A stretch of DNA of 32,000 bases, from positions 1,860,001-1,892,000 of the forward strand of contig NZ_AP012549.1 in assembly GCF_000829235.1 (NCBI RefSeq), in the 5' to 3' direction. The notes beneath the pieces are model-generated. The model did not search any database, was not told where the DNA came from, and saw only the letters and a program-made list of their open reading frames with translations. The stretch comes from a cyanobacterium endosymbiont of Epithemia turgida isolate EtSB Lake Yunoko (GTDB taxonomy: Bacteria > Cyanobacteriota > Cyanobacteriia > Cyanobacteriales > Microcystaceae). The position numbers and the translations under genes are program-made. Positions 20,069 to 29,263 of this stretch are shown here, one piece after another (the first letter of the stretch is position 1; every line of letters starts with the position of its first letter).

Positions 20069-20402
20069 TAGAAGCCTCATTACTCATTTTGAAGTGGTTA
20101 AAATCTATCTTATTTCGTCTTTATACTTAATGTCTTTTTCCTAAGCAATAGGAATATTTTTTGAGCATATTATATCTTTTGTCGTAACTCAATCCCTATT
20201 TTTGTTTGATTAAAGGATATTTATCCTACAGCTCTTTTAATAAATTTTTTTTATCTAGTATTTAAAAATAATTAAACTATTTTTAGTTGTTTAGTTTTTT
20301 CAAATTGTATTTATGTTTAGGTTCGACAATCTCCTTCTAAATTAGGTTGTAAAACTTTCTTTTAATAAATAGATTTAACTTTAACTTAAGTAACTTTTTG
20401 TC

Positions 20403-20489
20403 TAAAAAAAACAAGGCACACGACTAGGAGAGGGGAATCCTTCTTAGGATCTCGAACTCCAGAAAAAATATAGACGGTCGAGTGCCCTT
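20403..20489 (-). terminator. intrinsic terminator of rpmF (long compound hairpin plus U8)
   Basis: On the minus strand the hairpin starts 10 nt after the rpmF stop. The outer stem aagggcactcgac / gtcgtgtgcctt has 11 pairs with one bulge and one mismatch. It encloses inner helices (ctggag/ctcctag, gatcc/ggattc). It is followed by g + tttttttt (complement of 20404-20411). Confidence 0.6.
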
Positions 20490-20498
20490 AACACATTA

Positions 20499-20666
20499 TT
20501 ATTCGTCGTCTTCTTTGTCTTGGGGATAGATAAAGGTAGAACGTCCTGAAAGGAGTGATTTACCTAAAGACAAAGCTTTTTGGGCTTCTTTGGCTGCTTG
20601 TTTTTTCCAATGTGCTTTGCGTTGATCGCGCTTGAGATTAGAGGTTTTCTTTTTTGGAACTGCCAT
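20499..20666 (-). CDS. rpmF: 50S ribosomal protein L32 (not in the supplied ORF track, 55 aa)
   Basis: Hand translation of the minus strand gives [71 protein letters not shown] is the canonical L32 N-terminus. ATG is at 20666-20664 and TAA at 20501-20499 (168 nt). A strong terminator follows. Confidence 0.9.
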   Translation of the reverse strand: MAVPKKKTSNLKRDQRKAHWKKQAAKEAQKALSLGKSLLSGRSTFIYPQDKEDDE

Positions 20667-21554
20667 AGTTCGTGATTATTGAGTGAGAAATTTAGACAAC
20701 CTTCTTATTCTAATCGGTCTGGTCTAAATTTGTCTGGTTAACAAAAATTGAGTAATGTAAGTTTTAATATTGAGTGAAGTTATAGGGGTCTTGAAAAATT
20801 CTTGAGCAATGGACATGAGCACTAATTATTGTCAGCATTAACTACCGTTACAAGCTTGTGAAGCCAGTGCTTAAATTCTCTATCGAGTTAATTAATGCGG
20901 AGATTCCCAATACTTAATTAGTCTTATTAACGGACATCGCCCCTAAACTAGGATAGGATCTTACTTATGATAAGACAGGCAATATCAGTCAATAATTAGA
21001 AAATTAGCCATATTAACTCAAGTTAAATTGTTTTTTTAGAGTTATAGAGTTGGTTATCATGGAAAGGATTATTTAATTTCCATCAACAGCTATCCTGAAA
21101 CAACTTTGAAGATACGCTCACTATTGGAACAATTAATTGCGACTTAAAACCCAAGGACTACTGATTATTCTTAAGCTTATTTAAACTGACGAAAATTGAG
21201 TACTTTAAAAACGGGTAATCGCCTTATTAAAATAGAAAAGAGCTACCTTGCTTTAACTAATTTAGATATTTATTTTTCAAAACGTCTTCTATGGGAAGTC
21301 CTCACATTCTCTTCAGACTCTCCAGAGAGACTTCCATTGTTATTAGTCACAATTCAGCAGCTAACTATTTGTCTATATTGCCTGAAGCATTGATCACCCT
21401 TATACTATTCACCGTATCCTCGGAGTCAGTTCAAAGATATGTCAAAAGAAAAGTTCGTTCGGCTTTCCTTTGCCCATCTTAACTACGTCCTCCTCTTCCT
21501 ATGTTTGTTGTCCTACATCCTAATCCATCCCCAAAAACTAAATTGAAGAGATAA

Positions 21555-21968
21555 ACAATAGTTTTGGTTGATATAATTGATGTTCTTTCTACTAAGATTG
21601 TTGATTTTTATACAGTTCAATCTCTATGGAATTCTGTCTAAAAAGAATGATTTTTTTTAAGGACAAAGTTCACCCTCAAAACGATTTATAAAAATCGTTA
21701 TATTCTAAATGCTACTAAAGTTTTGGTTGGCATTAATCGAGTATCACAGTTCAATAAGTACATTGAAGTTGCTCATGAAATTAAGCCTAATACTCCCGTT
21801 TATAAAAAAGATATGGAAAAGATTACCCAATGAAGTTTAGGAATTGTGGAATCCGCCTATCCCTGGGAAATTAAAGCAAATTTTCAGTGGGGTGTGATCG
21901 TGGCGACCCAATTAGTTCGACCTAATCGTTGTAATCTATATCACACTACCCAGAAATCAATTACATAG
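21555..21968 (+). pseudogene. single-frame coding relic interrupted by three nonsense codons, product unknown
   Basis: One frame (position mod 3 = 0) reads TIVLVDIIDVLSTKIVDFYTVQSLWNSV*KE*FFLRTKFTLKTIYKNRYILNATKVLVGINRVSQFNKYIEVAHEIKPNTPVYKKDMEKITQ*SLGIVESAYPWEIKANFQWGVIVATQLVRPNRCNLYHTTQKSIT*. In-frame stops are at 21639 (TAA), 21648 (TGA) and 21831 (TGA). The last is one G-to-A change from TGG (Trp). No frameshift is needed. The amino-acid composition looks protein-like, not K/N/I/F-only. Confidence 0.4.
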
Positions 21969-22748
21969 TTACAAAGTAAACTACAGTAAGCTATCCATAA
22001 GGGAAGAACTGTTAAATTGATTCTAACGTGGAAATGAGGAGCTCTAGATAAATTCAATCTATATATTGTTTTTTGTGTATATTCCAGTATAAATTATATA
22101 AATAATTGTTCTTGAATCTAAGATTTTTATGCTCAAATCGCTTATGTTTTCTATAGTTATATTGGGTTGTTATGAACTAATATCATAATCATAATTATAG
22201 TCATTGATTGTAACAGTGGAAACTTAACAAATTAGCTATTAGTTGGCTATAGTAATGAGGAATTTAAACACAAGTGATCAATTTTATTAAAGAAAGCAAA
22301 GTGTATGCTACCGACTATATCATACACTTTTTTACTAAACACTAGATGTCAGTCTGTCTTAAAATTCAGCTAATAGAATTGAGAGAGCAAAAACTATCAA
22401 AGTTTACTTATGACCTAAAAATTTCATCCATAAACAAAATAAAAGTATAAATGTTATTTCTGAGTTCAGGAATATGAAAAGTTTAAAAAATTACGGACTG
22501 GGTAGTACTATGACAAAATATAAATTGCTTAAGTAATAAAGATACAAAGTATTGTTGTAATGTTTATTTATGACTACCAACTTAACATACTAGTAGATGA
22601 TGAAATTTATAATATTTTTTCCTTATTTTCGCTGAAAATTACAGAAAAATGACTATTTATTAATAGTCATTTAAATAGTTAAATATGTCTGGAAAAACCA
22701 GATTCTATTTGTAAATTTTAGAGACACAGAGCCAGTAAAAAGAAGTAG

Positions 22749-22797
22749 AAAGGAAGATAAATGGGATAGACAAGAATTATCTTATTTATCTTCCTTT
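22749..22797 (-). terminator. hairpin downstream of prmA (probable terminator)
   Basis: aaaggaagataaat (22749-22762) and atttatcttccttt (22784-22797) are exact 14-bp arms, extendable with G-U and W-C pairs into the spacer. On the minus strand it begins 30 nt after the prmA stop and is followed by the T-rich ctacttcttttt. Confidence 0.45.
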
Positions 22798-22826
22798 AAT
22801 GCCTATCATTGTTTTCCATATTTCAA

Positions 22827-23717
22827 CTAATTTCGTCGAATTTGAATACAACACCATTCTTGTTGTTGGCAAAGAGCAGTCACAACCCAACCATACTGTT
22901 CGAGGATATCAACAATAACTTGAGATTTATCAAGTAAAATGCCACTGAGAATGCCCCAAGCCCTAGGTTTAGCTAAAGCCGTGAGTTGAGGAATGAGCTC
23001 AATAATAACTTCGGCTAGAATGTTACATAAAATACCGTCTACGCCTTCGGGAACTAAATTTAAAATTTCTTGAACACTACCTTGGTTAATAACTAAAATA
23101 GACGGATGAATTTGATTGAGATAGCGGTTATGACGGATAGCATTTATTGCCAAGGGGTCGATATCCACGGCATAAAGCTTAGCTGCTCCCAGCAAGATCG
23201 CCCCAATCGAGAGAATACCAGATCCAGATCCAATATCAGCAACAATGGTTTCCCCGGTTAAGTCTGACAAGCACATCTCTAAAGATTCTAGACATAATTG
23301 CGTAGTAGCATGGGTTCCTGTACCAAAAACTGCTCCTGGATCAAGGCGTAGAATGAAGCGATCACTTTCTTGGGGAGGGGTTAACCAAGCCGGATAAATC
23401 AGAAAGTGATCACCTACCTTTGTGGGTTGCCAATATTTTTTCCAGCTACTAGCCCAGTCTTCTTCATCAATTAACTTCCAACTGGTTAATGGTGGAGGAA
23501 ATCCTGAAAGCAAAGCATCCTGTTGTAGATATAGGGATAGGGCGGCTAAATCCGGAGAAACTTTTTGTAATTCAGGAATATAAGCATAAATTAAATAGGA
23601 TTTTCCCTTAATATTTCTAGCGGTGCCCGAACAGCCAAATTGATCTAACCTCCAAAAAATAGACTCTTCTAAATTTGGGTGACAAAGGATGCTAATTTCC
23701 CACCAGATCATTGACAT
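22827..23717 (-). CDS. prmA: ribosomal protein L11 methyltransferase
   Basis: 296 aa. It has the PrmA layout with the SAM-binding motif DIGSGSGILSI and FGTGTHATT upstream of it. Confidence 0.93.
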   Translation of the reverse strand: MSMIWWEISILCHPNLEESIFWRLDQFGCSGTARNIKGKSYLIYAYIPELQKVSPDLAALSLYLQQDALLSGFPPPLTSWKLIDEEDWASSWKKYWQPTKVGDHFLIYPAWLTPPQESDRFILRLDPGAVFGTGTHATTQLCLESLEMCLSDLTGETIVADIGSGSGILSIGAILLGAAKLYAVDIDPLAINAIRHNRYLNQIHPSILVINQGSVQEILNLVPEGVDGILCNILAEVIIELIPQLTALAKPRAWGILSGILLDKSQVIVDILEQYGWVVTALCQQQEWCCIQIRRN

Positions 23718-23821
23718 TAAAGATTTAAGTTAGTGACTGAGAAATAGTAAATTATCAATATCTTAAGCGTTAGTAGAGGATTTTCGACCAAAACGAAAAT
23801 CTTCTATGGAGAATGTCAACA

Positions 23822-25399
23822 CTATAACTTAACCGTGTAAGCATCCCGAATGCCAGCTACTTTAGTAATTTCTGTCAGTAACCCATCAGGAAGGGGATCA
23901 TCAAGACTCAAAGCCATCACCGCATCCCCACGAACAATTTTTCGTCCTACTTGCATACTGGCAATATTAACATTAAAACTACCAAGCAGAGAACCAATTT
24001 TACCGATAATCCCTGGCAGATCGCGGTGTACAGTGAATAACATATAGTTACTGGGGGGAACGTTAATTGGGAAACCATCCACATCAGTAATCCGAATTTC
24101 TCCGTCACTGAGTAATGCCCCTGTTACGGAATGTTCTCCCATTGATCCTTGGGCTGCTAAATGGAGAGAACCAGAATAATCCCGAATCGTTGCATCACGG
24201 GTTTCAATGATTCTGATTCCTCGTTCTTTTGCTTCGATGGCTGCATTAACATAATTAACTCGTTCGCGTAGAGCTCGAGATAGCAGCCCTTTTATAGAAG
24301 CAATGATAAGGGGCTGACTTTTATTGGTTGCTAATTCTCCTTGAAGTCTTACTGTTAACCGTTCAATGCGTCCTCCTGCCAATTGTCCGGCCAAATTTCC
24401 TAAGGTTTCAGCCAGTTGTAAGTAGGGGCGTAATTTTTCCATGACATCAGGAGTCAGTCCAGGAATATTAACGGCTGAACGGGCAGGTAATCCTAACAAC
24501 ACATCTCGAATTTGCTCAGCTACATCAATGGACACATTCACCTGTGCTTCCGCGGTGGAAGCTCCCAAATGAGGGGTTAAAAGCACATTATCAAACTTTC
24601 GTAGTTCAGATTCTCCGAGGGGTTCTTCTTCAAAGACATCTAAGGCGGCTCCAGCAATTTTTTTATTGGCAATCGCCTCAACCAAGGCAGGCTCATCGAT
24701 AATTCCCCCGCGAGCACAATTAATCAAGCGAGCTGTGGATTTCATTTTATTTAAGGCTTCTGTAGAAATTAAATGAGCAGTTTCTGAAGTTTTAGGGATA
24801 TGGAGAGTAATATAATCGGATTGAGCAAAAAGTAAATCCAGATCTACCAGAGTGCAACCCAATTGATCGGCGCGTTCTTTAGAAATAAAAGGATCAAATG
24901 CCAATAATTTCATGCCCATGGATTTAGCGACATTAGCCACATGGGAACCAATTTTCCCTAACCCCACAACCCCTAAGGTTTTTTTGTAAACTTCAGCCCC
25001 AATAAACCTTTTTCGATCCCATTTCTTAGCTTTAACCGACCGATTCGCTTCGGGAATGTGTCGAGATAGAGATAACATCATAGCTAAGGCGTGTTCAGCG
25101 GCTGCGATAGTATTCCCTTCTGGGGAGTTAACTACCACAATGCCTTGACGAGTAGCTGCCTTAACATCGATATTATCAACGCCAACCCCGGCGCGTCCGA
25201 TGATTTTGAGTTGGATTCCTGCTTCAATAATGGCTTGGGTGACTTGGGTTCCTGAACGAAGCATTAAGGCATTATACTCAGGAATGATTCTGACCAATTC
25301 TTCTGGAGAAAGTCCGGTTTTGATATCTACTTGCGCCACTTGAGACAAGATATCAATTCCTGCCGTGTCAATGGTATCGGATACAAGAACTTTTGCCAT
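23822..25399 (-). CDS. serA: D-3-phosphoglycerate dehydrogenase (long form with C-terminal ACT domain)
   Basis: 525 aa. NAD-binding GVVGLGKIGSHVA is present, along with catalytic-region NCARGG and LTPHLGAST. The C-terminal roughly 70 aa are ACT-like (PGIIGKIGSLLGSFNVNIASMQVGR). Confidence 0.95.
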   Translation of the reverse strand: MAKVLVSDTIDTAGIDILSQVAQVDIKTGLSPEELVRIIPEYNALMLRSGTQVTQAIIEAGIQLKIIGRAGVGVDNIDVKAATRQGIVVVNSPEGNTIAAAEHALAMMLSLSRHIPEANRSVKAKKWDRKRFIGAEVYKKTLGVVGLGKIGSHVANVAKSMGMKLLAFDPFISKERADQLGCTLVDLDLLFAQSDYITLHIPKTSETAHLISTEALNKMKSTARLINCARGGIIDEPALVEAIANKKIAGAALDVFEEEPLGESELRKFDNVLLTPHLGASTAEAQVNVSIDVAEQIRDVLLGLPARSAVNIPGLTPDVMEKLRPYLQLAETLGNLAGQLAGGRIERLTVRLQGELATNKSQPLIIASIKGLLSRALRERVNYVNAAIEAKERGIRIIETRDATIRDYSGSLHLAAQGSMGEHSVTGALLSDGEIRITDVDGFPINVPPSNYMLFTVHRDLPGIIGKIGSLLGSFNVNIASMQVGRKIVRGDAVMALSLDDPLPDGLLTEITKVAGIRDAYTVKL

Positions 25400-26346
25400 G
25401 GTTACTCTTATCTAGATCGCAGTTATTGGTGATGTTTGTTTAGTGTCTTATTGCAGTAGCTTATTGCTACCACGAACCTAAACTATAAAACCTTTTAAGT
25501 CCAAGGTTTCATGAATTGATGTTTATTCTGTAAGGATTCAGCAGTTACCTTCAGGTGACTTCCTTGCCTAACCTTATTTTCATTATTTCATCTCATTTAC
25601 CATACCTCATTACTTGATTTACTCACTCAATTTTTAATACAAAATTCACCGAATAACACACGCAACGCAAAGTTCCCCTTTTTATAAAATTAGAGATGTC
25701 GTGCAAGTCAGATAGTTGATTTGCTATCTTTAGCAACTTATGCTGTGTCCTTCAAGGGTTGACGGTTGACTGTGATTTCTTTGAGGCTCCATGTTTTTAT
25801 TTGTCTCCCAGTTGATTTTACGCTGGTTATCAAGTAATTTATTTCATGGCATCGAAAAATTACATTTAGACGTCTCTTCAGTCACTTTAACTACTAAATT
25901 TTTAATCTTCTTTCAGGCGACTTCAAATTATCGCTTTTAATTCTTAATGCTTAATTCTTAATTTTTTTAATCTTTGTTTAGTCTTTAAATTAAGTTTTAC
26001 GTCTTTCTTAAATTTTCTACTTTTTTATCTCTTATATTTATTTATTGATTTATTTATAAAATGTTTTAGAAGTTTATCACCAAAATTAATGATGTTTTTA
26101 AAACTTTTTTAATCTAGTTTTTACAACTCGTATAATTGGGATAATTTCGTTTGCTTTTTATAAGAAAGCTTTGATAGCCTAGTTTCTTGAAGTTATAAAT
26201 TAATAAATAAGATAAAATATTTATATTATATACCCATCAAGTATTGACTAAAATAAATAGTAAAAAATAAAGTAGATTATCAAATAAAGAAATAGCCATC
26301 AAACCAGTATTTACATTTTTTATATCCTTTGTGTTCGTGTACGTTT

Positions 26347-27474
26347 TTATAAGTCTTCGTCTCTGTGAGTAATTTCTGCTAAACTTTGCTGGTTATATAA
26401 TTCCTGTAAGGTCTGATGTTTGTCTCGACGGGAAGGAATGCGGTATTTTTTGCTTTCTAACTTAGGTTCGTAATGTTTCTGTCCCGAAGTTTTAATTTTT
26501 AACTTCAAATTCGATTCTTGCTCTCCTATTTTGTTTCTAATTTCTTTTCTGTCAATAGCTTCTTTTAGAAAAGTTAAATAATGTTCGTATCGTTCCCAAT
26601 CATCATTAATTATACAATCAGGTTCTCCCCGATGTAAACAGTCGTTAAATTGACAGTTACCTGTCTTAAGTTGCCGCTTTGTTTCAGGAAAATATAAAAC
26701 TAATTCCTGTGGACAACAGTCAATATCAGGTTGATTAAAGCCAGGAGTATCTGCCAAAAGTCCTCCTCCTGGAAGTTCGAACAATTCGACATGACGGGTA
26801 GTATGACGACCTTTGTGGAGTTTGCCTGAAACCTTGCTTACTCTTTGGTAAACTTCTGGAATTAAAATGTTAATTAAACTAGATTTACCGACCCCTGACG
26901 GCCCTGCCAGGATAGTTATCTTGCCTTGTAGACGAGTGTTTAAGTCCTCTAAACCCTGATAATCTATTAGACTAACAAAAGAAGGATTATAGCCCCATTG
27001 TTCAATACGTTTTTGCCATTTTTTCCGGTTCTCTTCGACGATTAAATCTAACTTGTTTAAACACAAACATAAGGATAAAGATGTTGATTCGGCTTTCACT
27101 AAAAACCGACTTAATTGCCAGGGATCGAGGGGAGGATTTTCTAAAGCAAATACTACGAGTATTTGATCAGCATTGGCTACAGGTGGCCTGGAAAGTTCTG
27201 TTTTGCGAGGAAGAACTTGAGCGATCACTCCCTGTCTATCTTGATAGTCGGGTTCTTCGATGACCACACGATCGCCTACCATCACCTTTTGTCCAACTTT
27301 CATTAAACGAGTGCGTCTGGTACATAATAAGTCGAAAGATGATTCATAATTAACTACTTCAGATAGCTGATCTAAGCGAACTTGATAGAAATTTGCTTGC
27401 ACGGCAATCACTGTCCCCAAAGGTCGAGATAAAGTCGAATGAGGATTAACATGACGATAAATAGAATTACTCAC
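26347..27474 (-). CDS. rsgA: ribosome small-subunit-dependent GTPase A
   Basis: 375 aa. It has a circularly permuted GTPase order: NKLDL (G4), then GPSGVGKSSLIN (G1), then DTPGF (G3). A Zn-finger region CQFNDCLHRGEPDC is present, followed by a long charged C-terminal tail. Confidence 0.93.
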   Translation of the reverse strand: MSNSIYRHVNPHSTLSRPLGTVIAVQANFYQVRLDQLSEVVNYESSFDLLCTRRTRLMKVGQKVMVGDRVVIEEPDYQDRQGVIAQVLPRKTELSRPPVANADQILVVFALENPPLDPWQLSRFLVKAESTSLSLCLCLNKLDLIVEENRKKWQKRIEQWGYNPSFVSLIDYQGLEDLNTRLQGKITILAGPSGVGKSSLINILIPEVYQRVSKVSGKLHKGRHTTRHVELFELPGGGLLADTPGFNQPDIDCCPQELVLYFPETKRQLKTGNCQFNDCLHRGEPDCIINDDWERYEHYLTFLKEAIDRKEIRNKIGEQESNLKLKIKTSGQKHYEPKLESKKYRIPSRRDKHQTLQELYNQQSLAEITHRDEDL

Positions 27475-27504
27475 AAAATAATAGACTATAAATAATGACT
27501 CACC

Positions 27505-27768
27505 CTAGAGACGATATACTTTCAAGGAAAAAAAGTCCTGACGATCTTCAATGGTTTTAATATGATAGCCTTCTATGGTCAGACTATCAGGGACTTGTTC
27601 AATAGGTTCCCCTGGATCAAGCCATACTTCTAGTAATAAACCAGGGGACATCTGTTGTAATTTTAGTTTAGTGCGAACAAAGTTAATGGGACATGGAGTT
27701 CCTCGCAAATCGAGTAAAGGAATCTCGGTAGTTGTTTGATTCATTTTTAGAATACCCCCGTTGGACAT
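27505..27768 (-). CDS. TusA/SirA-family sulfurtransferase-like protein
   Basis: 87 aa. The motif LDLRGTPCPINFVRTK contains the CPxP active-site signature of the TusA family. It sits between dnaJ and rsgA with 30 nt and 115 nt gaps. The true start may be the internal ATG at 27744 (MNQTTTE...). Confidence 0.8.
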   Translation of the reverse strand: MSNGGILKMNQTTTEIPLLDLRGTPCPINFVRTKLKLQQMSPGLLLEVWLDPGEPIEQVPDSLTIEGYHIKTIEDRQDFFSLKVYRL

Positions 27769-27883
27769 TCATTCATCACCTTTTGCTTTTCTGATAAGCT
27801 GAGTTGGATATTAGACCATTAAATTTTGCAAAAATCATGACTCCTAATTCCCAACTTTCAACACCGAACTCAGATTAATGAGT

Positions 27884-29011
27884 CTATTTATGAAATAAGC
27901 TACCTAAGAAGCTTTCTAAACTACCCTTACCATGACTTTTACCTTTAATGTGTGCTAGTTGCTCGAGAAGTTCTCGTTCTTCCGTATTAATGCGGGTAGG
28001 AATTGAGATTTTCACAGTAATCAAATGATCTCCTCTAATGGAAGAGTTGCCTAATTTAGGAACCCCTAGATCTTCAAGCATCAGTTCTGTGTTAGGTTGA
28101 ACTCCAGCGGGAATTTTTAAGTCCTGGAGACCATCAACAGTATTTATCTTGAGAGTACAACCTAGAATCGCTTGTAGATAACTGATAGTAATTTCTGAGT
28201 GAATATTCATTCCCTCACGAGTGAACTCCTTATCGGCTTCTACGAACAGGTAGACATAGAGATCGCCTGAGGTTCCTCCTCGCTTTCCTGCATCCCCTTC
28301 TTTAGCCACCCGTAGACGGGTTCCGTTATCAACACCAGCAGGGATCGTAATTTTGAGTTTTTTTGTTTCTTGTTTGCGTCCACTGCCCCCGCAAGCCTCA
28401 CATTTTTCTTCAATAACTTCTCCGGACCCGTTACAAGTAGGACAGCCCGAGACTTGAGCAAAACTTCCAAAAGGGGTACGGGTTGCCCTTCGGACCTGGC
28501 CTTGCCCGTCACAGGTGGGACAGCTTCGAGGTACAGTTCCTGGTTTAGCTCCGCTACCATTACAAACTTGACAGGTTTCTAGATGGGGAATGTGAATTTC
28601 TTTTTCGCCTCCAAATATTGCCTCACTAAAACCGAGTTTTAAATCAAGTCGGAGATCATCTCCTCTGCTAGAACCACCACCGCCACGACGGGTTGTTCCG
28701 GTTCCTACTCCACCAAAACCACTAAAAATAGTTTCAAAAATATCAGCGAAGCCCCCTATATCACCATGGTCAAACCCGGCGGCTCCGGCACCACTGACTC
28801 CGGCTTCCCCGAATTGATCATATCTGGCACGAGTCTCTGGTTCTGATAGGACTTCGTAAGCGCGGTTAATCTCTTTGAAACGTTCTTCTGCCGCCGATTC
28901 TTTATTGATGTCGGGATGGTATTGGCGTGCTAGACGGCGATAGGCACGTTTAATTTCTTCTTTCTTGGCATTACGGGAGACACCAAGGATTTCGTAGTAG
29001 TCACCTGACAT
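27884..29011 (-). CDS. dnaJ: molecular chaperone DnaJ
   Basis: 375 aa. J domain with HPD (YHPDINK), a G/F-rich linker, and four CxxCxGxG zinc-finger repeats ([32 protein letters not shown]). Confidence 0.97.
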   Translation of the reverse strand: MSGDYYEILGVSRNAKKEEIKRAYRRLARQYHPDINKESAAEERFKEINRAYEVLSEPETRARYDQFGEAGVSGAGAAGFDHGDIGGFADIFETIFSGFGGVGTGTTRRGGGGSSRGDDLRLDLKLGFSEAIFGGEKEIHIPHLETCQVCNGSGAKPGTVPRSCPTCDGQGQVRRATRTPFGSFAQVSGCPTCNGSGEVIEEKCEACGGSGRKQETKKLKITIPAGVDNGTRLRVAKEGDAGKRGGTSGDLYVYLFVEADKEFTREGMNIHSEITISYLQAILGCTLKINTVDGLQDLKIPAGVQPNTELMLEDLGVPKLGNSSIRGDHLITVKISIPTRINTEERELLEQLAHIKGKSHGKGSLESFLGSLFHK

Positions 29012-29263
29012 AGGGCATTGATCGTAATTATTGGGCTATTAAGTTTAGAGATAGGCTTGATTTTTACTTTAGCAAACTATCGTCAAGAAAACATCACCAG
29101 GTTTGGGTCTTCAGGTTTTAAGGGTCTGCAGGCTGAAGATTCAGAGTTTTGTTTTTTGACTCCTTACACACATCAGTTTAATGTTTTGTTAGGAAAAATT
29201 TTTAACAATTGATTTGTCATAACACCAAAAATATATAGAATAAAGCTAAAAACTCTTATCAGG

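Noticed and set aside
20320-20331. ggttcgacaatc, similar to a tRNA T-loop
   Set aside because: The flanking bases cannot form a T-stem or acceptor stem. The surrounding sequence is A+T-rich spacer.
21196-21482. Two overlapping plus-strand ORFs (65 aa and 63 aa) in different frames
   Set aside because: Neither looks like an intact gene. Overlapping frames suggest fragments of a frameshifted corpse, possibly linked to the 21555-21968 relic, but I could not identify any family. They are therefore not called as CDSs.
23850-24047. 65-aa plus-strand ORF inside serA
   Set aside because: It is an antisense shadow ORF within serA.
27081-27263. 60-aa plus-strand ORF inside rsgA
   Set aside because: It is an antisense shadow ORF within rsgA.
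28240-28582. Two ORFs (106 aa minus, alternative frame; 70 aa plus) inside dnaJ
   Set aside because: Both overlap the dnaJ zinc-finger and G-rich region. The dnaJ frame is unambiguous, so these are frame and antisense artefacts.
29018-29212. 64-aa plus-strand ORF (TTG start) between dnaJ and the HD-hydrolase gene
   Set aside because: It lies in the dnaJ promoter/leader and HD-gene 3' region. The start is weak, there is no SD and no recognisable family, so it is probably spurious.
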